Shown: positions 54,735 through 64,000 of the stretch, piece after piece
Layout: every line of letters starts with the position of its first letter
Numbering within the stretch: position 1 is the stretch's first letter
DNA from: Nitrospirota bacterium
GTDB taxonomy: Bacteria; Nitrospirota; UBA9217
Direction of reading: 5' to 3'
DNA: 64,000 nt
NCBI GenBank assembly: GCA_963818475.1
Contig: CAWFSF010000001.1
Coordinates: 1 to 64,000 of the forward strand
Position numbers and translations under genes: made by a program
The notes under the pieces: model-generated
Told to the model about the DNA's origin: nothing
The model's database searches: none
The model's input: only the letters and a program-made list of their open reading frames with translations

Positions 54735-57605
54735 ATGACCACATACGAAATCATCGGCTTCTCCCTGCTGTTCATCGGCACGCTGGAACTGTTCCTCGGC
54801 ATTATCCTCCTTCGCAACAATCCCCGTCAAAGCCCGGTCCAAAAGGCCGCTACAGCACTGGCCTTGTTCTCGGCCGCCTTTTCCCTCACCTCGGGATCCA
54901 TGTATCTTCGCGCCACGCTCGGTCTGTCGATCGACCTCGTTGCCCGCTTCAACTGGATCGGCTGGTTCACCGTCCCTGCTGCGCTGCAGGTCCTTTTTTT
55001 CCTAAAGGATGACCGGGGTCGTTTCGGGCGCATCATCGGCATCGTCCTCTATCCCCTCTGGGTGGTCATTCTCGGCCTGTGCCTGTTCACCGACCTGATC
55101 GTGGCCCCCGGCTATTCCGTGATCCCTTTTGTCAACCATTATGGCCCGCTGGAGCATGCCGGAAGATTATTCGGGACCTTGCTGGCCTTCTGGCTTGTAT
55201 ATGAGTGCGTACGCCTGAAAAAAAGCATAGTTGGCATAAGAAGGGCCCAGTTCAATTACTTTTTCTATGGCTTGCTGATCTTCGGCAGCGGAGCGTCGTT
55301 CACCGCCGGATTCCTGCAGCTGTTAGGCGGCATCGCCTTTGAACCGGGCCTTGCGTCTTTTTTCAGTTTGCCCTGGGTCATCCTGACTTTTTACGCCTGC
55401 ATCCGCTACAGCTTATTCGACATCCGTACCATTGTCTCGCGCACACTCACCATCATTTTTCTGTTCATCTTCGTCGCGCTGATACATCTCGGCACCATAG
55501 CACTCCTCAGCCCCTTCCTGGGAAATCTCGCTTCAGACCTCATCTCGCTCTCGCTCATCGGCTTTATTTTTTACGGAACACCTCTCAGAACGACCGTTCA
55601 GAAATGGATCGAGAGCATTGTTCTTAAAGGCAAATATGATTACCAGCAGCTCCTGAAGGAATCGACAAATGCGCTTGTTACGATTCTGGACCTCGATGAT
55701 CTGCTTGCCTATATCATCAGCAGTATCAGCAAGGGATTGAGGACCGAGAAAATCCACTTGTTCCTCAAAGGAATGGATTGCACATACCGCATCCAGCATA
55801 GCCACGGCATGGCGCCGGTTCCTCCGGTCAGCGACGACACCATCCGCTGGTTGGAGCAGACCCGCCAGGTCCTGATCAGACAGGAACTCGAGATGGCAAC
55901 TTTCACCGAGGAATCAGGCCGGCTTTACCGCAGCATTTCCCAGACCGATATTGAACTGATCGTCCCCCTGGTATATAAAGGGCAGATCTGCGGCTTCATG
56001 ACCGTTGGGAAAAAAGGGAGCGGAGAGCCCTATGTCCAGAGCGACATAGACCTCCTCGTGTCCATGGCCAGCCATGCAGCAGTTGCGATCGAGAATGCAC
56101 GGCTCTTCGAAGAAGCACTCCGCATGAACAGGTCCTTCCAGGAAAGCGAGGAAAAATTCCGCACGCTGGCCGATACGGCGGCAGTCGCCATCTTTATCCA
56201 CCAGGGTGGCAACTTTCTCTATACGAACCGCACTGCCGAGCTTGTCGGCGGATATGCGCCTCATGAATATCTGACCATGAATTTTATGAGCCTTGCGCAT
56301 CCCGATTACGTGGACATGATCAAAGCGCGCGCCCGTGAACGTCTGGCCGGCAACGCCGCGCCGCCGCAGTATGAGTTCAAGATCATACGAAAGGATGGCG
56401 AGCACCGGTGGGTGCTCATGACCGCAGGCATCACGACCTACGAAGGGAAGCCGGCGGTCATCGGCACCCTGATCGATATTTCAGCCCGCAAACAGGCGGA
56501 AGAAGAGCGGGAGCGATACTATCAGGAACTTCAGCAGGCACTCCTGTCCCTGAAAGAAAGCGAAGCAAAGTTCCGCACCCTGGCCGAGACAACCGCCGCC
56601 GGGATCGTGATCCATCAGGGCGAACACCTGATCTACGTGAACCCTGCAATTGAAAAAATTTCCGGCCACCCCCGTGAGTTTCTTCTCACGCTCGATTTCT
56701 GGGAGGTCATCCACCCCGACGACCGCGCTCTGATGAAGGAACGTATAGCGGCGCGCCTGCGCGGGGAAATCGTTACTGATGACTATGAATACCGGATCAT
56801 CTCGAATAACGGCGATATGCGCTGGGTGAACATAACAGCAGGCATCATCGAGTATCAGGGAAAACCGGCGACAATCGGGACCATTTTTGACATTACCGAC
56901 CGCAAGGAAGCCGAAGCGTCAACGATCCGGTTCTACGAAGAAAGCGTCAAGCAGTATGAGGACCGGATCGGGGAGGAAAAGCGGCACCTGGCAGAAAAAG
57001 AAAAGCTCCTCAAGGACCTGCATGACGGGATCGGCGGCATTACTACGAACATCAGCATGCTGGCAGAAATGGCAAAGAACTCTGACGCCATGCCTGACAT
57101 CAAAAGAACGCTTTCAACAATATCAGAGCTTTCGCGGGAAGGTTTGTCCGAGATCAGGAACTTTATGAACAGCCTCGATACCCGCGACATGAACTGGCAG
57201 ACTTTGCTGGCCGAGTTCAGGAATCAGGGCAATGCCATGATCGGGCCCCACGGAATGTCGTTTGGCCTGACGTCCTCTATCGAAGATACCGATGACGAGC
57301 CGGGAAGCCTGCTTTGTTTAAACCTCTTCAAGATCTACCGCGAAGCGCTCACGAACATTATCAAGCATTCTCAGGCGACAACGGTAAAAGCAGAGATTTC
57401 CATCAACAGGAGCAGGTTGAGGCTGGCCATCCAGGATGACGGCGTGGGCGTGGGCAACGGCAGGATTGGCGGACGCGGCCTGACCAACATGCAGGCACGG
57501 GCCAGGGACCTCGGCGGGGAGATCACGCTGACCGCGCAGTGCGGGACCTGCGTCACCCTGGAGATTCCCCTGCCCCTGCAGGACCCGTTCAGGAACGCAC
57601 CATGA
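54735..57605 (+). CDS. Sensor histidine kinase: multi-TM N-terminus, GAF, two PAS, HisKA_3-type, HATPase
   Basis: Many TM segments, AVAIENARLF (GAF), two KFRTLA..DI..RK PAS repeats, DLHDGIG, EALTNIIKHS, DDGVG, GRGLTNM. Confidence 0.93.
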   Translation: MTTYEIIGFSLLFIGTLELFLGIILLRNNPRQSPVQKAATALALFSAAFSLTSGSMYLRATLGLSIDLVARFNWIGWFTVPAALQVLFFLKDDRGRFGRIIGIVLYPLWVVILGLCLFTDLIVAPGYSVIPFVNHYGPLEHAGRLFGTLLAFWLVYECVRLKKSIVGIRRAQFNYFFYGLLIFGSGASFTAGFLQLLGGIAFEPGLASFFSLPWVILTFYACIRYSLFDIRTIVSRTLTIIFLFIFVALIHLGTIALLSPFLGNLASDLISLSLIGFIFYGTPLRTTVQKWIESIVLKGKYDYQQLLKESTNALVTILDLDDLLAYIISSISKGLRTEKIHLFLKGMDCTYRIQHSHGMAPVPPVSDDTIRWLEQTRQVLIRQELEMATFTEESGRLYRSISQTDIELIVPLVYKGQICGFMTVGKKGSGEPYVQSDIDLLVSMASHAAVAIENARLFEEALRMNRSFQESEEKFRTLADTAAVAIFIHQGGNFLYTNRTAELVGGYAPHEYLTMNFMSLAHPDYVDMIKARARERLAGNAAPPQYEFKIIRKDGEHRWVLMTAGITTYEGKPAVIGTLIDISARKQAEEERERYYQELQQALLSLKESEAKFRTLAETTAAGIVIHQGEHLIYVNPAIEKISGHPREFLLTLDFWEVIHPDDRALMKERIAARLRGEIVTDDYEYRIISNNGDMRWVNITAGIIEYQGKPATIGTIFDITDRKEAEASTIRFYEESVKQYEDRIGEEKRHLAEKEKLLKDLHDGIGGITTNISMLAEMAKNSDAMPDIKRTLSTISELSREGLSEIRNFMNSLDTRDMNWQTLLAEFRNQGNAMIGPHGMSFGLTSSIEDTDDEPGSLLCLNLFKIYREALTNIIKHSQATTVKAEISINRSRLRLAIQDDGVGVGNGRIGGRGLTNMQARARDLGGEITLTAQCGTCVTLEIPLPLQDPFRNAP

Positions 57606-57639
57606 ACGGCTATTCCCGACGAACAGAAGGATCCCACCT

Positions 57640-58263
57640 ATGCGACTGGTCATCATCGAAGACGATCCCATGCAGCGCGAAAACCTGAAGCTGCTGCTCG
57701 GTGGGGAACCCGGTATTACCGTTACCGGGGTATATCCATCGGCAGAAGAGGCGCTGCGAGGAATTAAAAAAGCAATACCTGAAGTGATTTTGTGCGATCT
57801 CGGCCTCCCCGGGATGTCGGGGATAGAGCTCATCAAAACGCTCAAGAAAAGCATGCCTGCCATCGAGTTCATGGCACATACGGTTTTCGATGACCGGGAA
57901 AATGTTTTTTCGGCCATCAAAGCAGGCGCCTCCGGCTACCTCTTGAAGGGAAGCAGCCCCCGAGAGATCATTGAGGCGCTCTACGAGCTTTATAAGGGCG
58001 GTTCCCCTATGAGCCCCAAGATCGCTCGGAGGGTCATCCATGAGTTTCAGGATGATAATATCAGTGAACAGTTCATTCTAAGCCAGCGGGAAAAAGCGAT
58101 CATCAAGTGCGTGGAGCACGGCATGACCTATAAGGAGATCGCCGTAGAGCTGTCCATCAGCGCACATACGGTACATTCACATATCAAGAGGATCTATGAG
58201 AAACTCCATGCAAAGGACCGGGGAGAAGCCTTGAATAATGCAAGAAAGACCGGCGTGATCTGA
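57640..58263 (+). CDS. NarL/LuxR-family response regulator
   Basis: IIEDD, CDLGLPGMSG, GASGYLLK, LSQREK..TYKEIA..TVHSHIKRIYEKL. Confidence 0.95.
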   Translation: MRLVIIEDDPMQRENLKLLLGGEPGITVTGVYPSAEEALRGIKKAIPEVILCDLGLPGMSGIELIKTLKKSMPAIEFMAHTVFDDRENVFSAIKAGASGYLLKGSSPREIIEALYELYKGGSPMSPKIARRVIHEFQDDNISEQFILSQREKAIIKCVEHGMTYKEIAVELSISAHTVHSHIKRIYEKLHAKDRGEALNNARKTGVI

Positions 58264-58362
58264 CCATCCCTTCTTTCCGTTGCGCCGGACCGCCTCACCC
58301 TGTCCTTTTCCAGCTGTTCCCGTGCTGAAGCGCAAAACCTTCCCTCCCGTTCATTACCCCGA

Positions 58363-58410
58363 AAATCACCCGGCCGGGTGATTTACTTTAGGTGCCTGAG
58401 CCGCTATAGT
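58363..58410 (+). promoter_or_regulatory. Perfect 22-bp palindromic operator overlapping the -35 of a sigma70 promoter
   Basis: AAATCACCCGGCCGGGTGATTT (58363-58384); TTTACT-17-TATAGT. Confidence 0.7.
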
Positions 58411-58523
58411 GGAAACATCCTGAGCATCAGGTGAGGTAGGTAATGTTCTGAGCAGGGGATGCTCCGGAAACACCTGCGACCAGACAGCGCAAACATCAGA
58501 CTGAACCGTCGAAGGAAATAACC

Positions 58524-58760
58524 ATGGAAAAAAATCATAACGAAGAGCAGTCAGGCTTGGAACAGCGAAGCAAGATTCCGAGTTTTGACGAATACTTCAG
58601 CATGAATGAACAGGAAAAAGACCGCTCCATCGAACGATCGGTCGCCCGCCTGCAGAACCGCATCCTCCAGATCATGTATCTCGTGGAACAAGAGAGCAAC
58701 TCCTCTGTCAAACCGACCCCTGTAACGCAGCCAAACGATCAAACCCGCGACACAAACTAA
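58524..58760 (+). CDS. Small hypothetical protein (78 aa)
   Basis: SD AAGGA before ATG; downstream of the promoter above; no recognisable family. Confidence 0.6.
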   Translation: MEKNHNEEQSGLEQRSKIPSFDEYFSMNEQEKDRSIERSVARLQNRILQIMYLVEQESNSSVKPTPVTQPNDQTRDTN

Positions 58761-58936
58761 CTAAATCCTGGCGCAGTAACCTTCGCTGCCATTCCCGCTG
58801 CCGATCGATCTTTCATTCGAACAACGAACAGAACCTTCCTCCTCTATCCATGGCCATACAAGCAGTTTGCGAAATGATCGTTGATGAAGTACGTCAGAAG
58901 AAAACTCCGGCTGGAAAAATACTTTTCGGGGATTTG

Positions 58937-59861
58937 TTACTGCGCCAGGACCTGCATGGCTTCTTCGACGTCCTTGCGGATCTGGCGCACGAGGGAATCA
59001 ACATCAGAGAATTTTTCTTCACCGCGCAGGCGTTTCACGAACTGAACTTCCATCTGCCGGCCGTAGAGGTCTCCTTCGAATCCGAACAAATAAACCTCGA
59101 TGGAGACCGGGCCGGCGTCGAAGGTCGGCCGGATGCCGATGGATGCCACACCCTGAAAGCGGCGCCCTCCTGCATCGGCATGGACGGCGTAGACACCAAA
59201 AGCGGGCAGGACCTCGTTGGCAGTATGCAGATTGGCTGTGGGGAACCCGATCGTCTGGCCCCGATGGGCGCCATGCACGACCTCGCCCTCGATCGTATAG
59301 TGCCGGCCGAGCAGCTTTGACGCCTCCTCGATCTTGCCGCTCGAGATCAGGTCTCGAAGGATGGAACTGCTGACAACGACATTGTCGATGCGGACCGGCT
59401 CGATGACGCCCACCTCGAATCCGTAGGTCTTCCCCATCCGTTTGAGAGACTCGATGCTCCCTTCGCGGCCTTTGCCGAAGGCATAGTCGTAGCCGACATA
59501 CACCTCTCTGACGCCGATCGTCTTGTGCAGCACCTCCCGTGCAAAATCCTCGGGGTTCTGGTCGGCGAAGGAACGGGTGAAGTTGGCGCAGATGACCACG
59601 TCGAGGCCGGCAACCTCAAGGAGCCGCATTTTCCCGTGAAAGGTGTTCAGCAGGCGGGGGGAACGCTCCGGGAGCAAGCACTTTGAGCGGATGCGGTTCG
59701 AAGGTAAAGGCTACGCTGGTCCCTCCGATCTCCCGGGCGCGCTCGATCACTTTTTCGAAGATCGCCTGGTGTCCCAGATGCACGCCGTCAAAGTTTCCGA
59801 GGGTCAAAACCGGGTTCGGAAGCCGTTCAGATAAGTTTTTTATACCGCGGATAATTCTCAT
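58937..59861 (-). CDS. ribF: Bifunctional riboflavin kinase/FAD synthetase (frameshift near 59675)
   Basis: LGNFDGVHLGHQ, TFEPHP, VGYDYAFG, GQTIGFPTAN, IGIRPTF, LRGEEKF. Confidence 0.95.
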
Positions 59862-60016
59862 GTGCGCAGGGATAATCGCACAATAGTATAAAATTGTCAA
59901 CATCCGGTTGCGCAAAATGTATTGACAATAAATCAGGCGCTATGATATAAAGGAAGTCTTTTGAAGCACTTAATCCTGCATGGCTGGCTGCGGGAGCTTG
60001 AACAAAGGATCGATCG

Positions 60017-61343
60017 ATGGCGACCATTACCCCCTTCCGGGGCATCATATATAACACTGAAAAAGCAGGCAAAATTACCGACCTTGTCTGTCCTCCCTAC
60101 GACATCATATCGCCGGCAGGCCAGCAGGAGCTGTATCGGAAGAGTCCGAATAACGTGATCCGGCTCGAATACGGGCTGGCGAGCCCAGGAGATACAGAGG
60201 AAGACAACCGGTATACCCGTGCGGCTGCTGTTCTGGAGGACTGGACCCGCAACACGATCGTGAAGCAGGAGCAGATTCCCGCCTTCTATATATACGAAAT
60301 GGAGTACAAGGCAAAGGGAGCCACGAAGAAGCTCCGGGGACTTATCTGCCTGGTCCGGCTCGAAGATTATGACTCCGGCATTGTGAAACCCCACGAAACA
60401 ACACTCTCAGGACCAAAAACGGACCGGCTCAACCTGCTCCGCGCGTGTAAAACGAGCTTCAGCCAGATATTCTCGCTCTTCTCGGACCCCCAGGCAAAGG
60501 TCGCAGGCGTCCTCGCCCGGACGACAGGCAAACCGGATATGGAAGTGAAAAGCAGCGACGGCGTGACCCACCGTATCTGGTCCTGGACCGATCGCCCGGG
60601 ATATCGAGTTCATTGTCCGCGAAATGGCTGACAAGCCTGTCTTCATAGCCGACGGCCATCACCGTTACGATACGGCGCTCAACTACCGAAATGAGCGGCG
60701 CAAAGCTGCAGGCTCGTTCACCGGCGAGGAAGGCTACAATTATGTGGCCATGTTCCTGGCCCGTTTGGAAGATCCGGGGCTTACGGTGCTCCCCGCCCAC
60801 CGCGCGCTGTTCAACCTGGCCGACTTTCATCCCCGGCGCTTCGAGGATGACCTGAACCAGTATTTCAATATCGAGCGCATCGACTTCGACAAACAGTCGG
60901 AGACCAAGGACCTGCTCACGGTCCTGGACACCATGGCGCACCGCGCCGACCATGCGCATATCTTCGGCATGCGGATCAAAGGCGAGCACAGCTACTACCT
61001 GCTGACGCTGCGGAACGAGGCGGACATGGATGCCCTGCTCCCGGCCAAGTCGCCCGCGTACCGGAGGCTGGACGTCTCGATCCTGCACCACCTGATCATC
61101 GACAAGCTGCTCGGGATCAAAATGGAGACCCACAAGCTCGGACTGAACATCGAATACATCAAGGACGCTGCTGAGGCGGACAAGCGGATACACGACAACG
61201 CCGCGGAGATCGTCTTCTTCATGAACCCGACGAAGGTGCGGGAGGTCAAGGAAGTGGCGGCAGCGGGCGAGCGCATGCCGCAGAAGGCAACGTACTTCTT
61301 TCCCAAGCTCCTGACGGGGCTGGTGATGCATAAGATAGAATAA
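60017..61343 (+). CDS. DUF1015 family protein (frameshift near 60600)
   Basis: PFRG, PPYDII, PHETT, FIADGHHRY, MPQKATYFFPKLLTGL. Confidence 0.9.
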
Positions 61344-61450
61344 AGAAGGGTGCAGGGCACAGGGTTTACAGGAAATGCTGTTATTGCTTTTCCTGATCCC
61401 TGACCCCTGGACCCTGTGGTTATTAATTTGACCCTCAAGGAGGCAATACC

Positions 61451-62459
<1,009 letters not shown>

Positions 62460-62580
62460 ACGATTCCAAGGACAAGTACCAAATACTAAGTCCAGGACCA
62501 AGCGTCAATTTCAAACGTTTCGAACATTGAAATTTGAACTTGATGTATCTGAGATTTGTGCTTTGGATTTGGATTTTCAC
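62460..62580. repeat. Degenerate heptamer inverted-repeat element between gap and pgk
   Basis: CCAA/CAAA-rich units followed by TTTG/TTGG-rich complementary units; similar style at 61345-61415 and in the ITS. Confidence 0.45.
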
Positions 62581-62591
62581 CAAAGGTGACT

Positions 62592-63788
62592 ATGGATAAA
62601 AAGACCATCGAGAAGGTCGACCTGAAGGGCAAGCGGGTCTTCATCCGCGCTGACTTCAACGTGCCCTTCGACGAGAACGGCAACATCACCGACGACGGCA
62701 GGATCCGCTCCACGCTCCCGACGATCAATTACGCCCTCGACGCCGGCGCCAAGGTGATCCTCGCGTCGCACCTCGGCCGACCCAAGGGCAAACCGAACCC
62801 GAAGTACAGCCTGGCTCCGGTGGCGCTGCGGCTGAACCGGCTCCTGAACAAAGAAGTGAAGTTCGCCAAGGACTGCATCGGCCCTGATGTGGAGCATCTG
62901 GTCCAGGGCATGCGGCCCGGCGATGTCCTGCTGCTCGAGAACCTCCGGTTCCATGCAGAGGAAGAGAAGAACGACGAGGGCTTTTCCAAGGCCCTTGCCG
63001 CGTTCACCGATGTGTACGTGAACGACGCTTTCGGCACGGCCCACCGCGCCCATGCCTCCACCTACGGCATCACCAAGCACGTGAAGCAATCCGTGGCCGG
63101 GTTCCTGATGAAGAAGGAGATCGACTATCTCCAGAAGACCGTGGCGAATCCGGTACGGCCCTTCGTGGCGATCCTCGGCGGGGCCAAGGTCTCGGGCAAG
63201 ATCGGCGTGATCGAGAACCTCCAGAACAAGGTGCGACAAGATCATCGTCGGCGGCGCCATGGCCTTCACCTTCATCAAGGCGCGCGGCCAGGAAGTGGGC
63301 AATTCGCTCGTCGAACCGGAAATGCTCGAGATGGCCGCAGCGGATCCGCAAGAGCGCTCCGCGAAAGCAACGTCAAATTCTACCTGCCCGTCGATTTCGT
63401 CGTTGCCGAGAACATGAACGACGGCGCGACGACCAAGATCGTGACGTCCCAGGAGATCCCGAAGGGCTGGGTCGGGCTCGACATCGGCCCGGCAACGACC
63501 CGTCTCTTCGCAGAAGCGATCCAGGACGCCAAGACCATCATCTGGAACGGCCCCATGGGCATGTTCGAGAAGGACGCCTATTCGCGCGGCACCTTCGCCA
63601 TCGCGCGCTCGGTGGCAGACGCCTACGCGACCACCATCGTGGGCGGCGGCGATACGGACGTGGCCGTGCACAAGGCGGGCGTCTCCGACAGCATCACCTT
63701 CATCTCCACCGGCGGCGGCGCTTCGCTGGAGCTGCTCGAAGGCAAGGAACTCCCGGGACTTGCAGCGCTGACGGATGACAAGGAGTAG
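62592..63788 (+). CDS. pgk: Phosphoglycerate kinase (compensating frameshifts ~63235-63350)
   Basis: [46 protein letters not shown]. Confidence 0.97.
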   Translation: MDKKTIEKVDLKGKRVFIRADFNVPFDENGNITDDGRIRSTLPTINYALDAGAKVILASHLGRPKGKPNPKYSLAPVALRLNRLLNKEVKFAKDCIGPDVEHLVQGMRPGDVLLLENLRFHAEEEKNDEGFSKALAAFTDVYVNDAFGTAHRAHASTYGITKHVKQSVAGFLMKKEIDYLQKTVANPVRPFVAILGGAKVSGKIGVIENLQNKVRQDHRRRRHGLHLHQGARPGSGQFARRTGNARDGRSGSARALRESNVKFYLPVDFVVAENMNDGATTKIVTSQEIPKGWVGLDIGPATTRLFAEAIQDAKTIIWNGPMGMFEKDAYSRGTFAIARSVADAYATTIVGGGDTDVAVHKAGVSDSITFISTGGGASLELLEGKELPGLAALTDDKE

Positions 63789-63903
63789 AACAAATACTCT
63801 CGGACACTGAAGGACACTGATTGTCTATGATGGACACCAATAGGAACACCGAAAAATTTCATCATACTAAATCAGTGTGAATCAGTGTCAAAAAGGAATT
63901 TCT

Positions 63904-64000
63904 ATGAACCCCAAACGCAGACCCATCATCGCCGGCAACTGGAAGATGAACAAGACTGCCGCCGAGGCGCGTGACCTGGCGAGCAAGCTCATCCCGCTCG
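63904..64000 (+). CDS. tpiA: Triosephosphate isomerase, 5' part
   Basis: MNPKRRPIIAGNWKMNK directly after gap-pgk. Confidence 0.93.
   Translation, partial: MNPKRRPIIAGNWKMNKTAAEARDLASKLIPL

Overview
Bacterial chromosomal window. The 16S style and gene content suggest an anaerobic Nitrospirota/Desulfobacterota-like lineage, but this is inference only. About 7.6-43 kb and 59.6-63.4 kb carry many single-base indels, probably long-read errors, so many genes are reconstructed across frames. Left to right: (i) a truncated >1150-aa secreted repeat adhesin downstream of three phage-tail-collar paralogs and a GNAT/DUF6916-like pair; (ii) CheY-like regulator and adk; (iii) a ~14.6-kb minus-strand DUF11/OmpA operon with a candidate sigma54 promoter, an adjacent NtrC-type activator and a divergent hybrid kinase; (iv) redox, lipoate and lipid A genes; (v) a rhodanese-TolC-RND-ECH-CBS-DUF2892-FmdB operon; (vi) TPR, HD-GYP, AlkD, dienelactone hydrolase and smpB; (vii) a full rRNA operon preceded by a second, divergent leader with a truncated 16S 5' end; (viii) tyrS, cbiX, a NarL-type two-component system, ribF, DUF1015 and gap-pgk-tpiA. 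The best candidate for an undescribed system is the DUF11 operon. Its motif distribution predicts a donor-strand-complemented, isopeptide-crosslinked pilus with a lectin tip and an OmpA/beta-barrel anchor. The tail-collar/GNAT/adhesin module, the relic 16S allele and two unannotated small ORFs are also notable.
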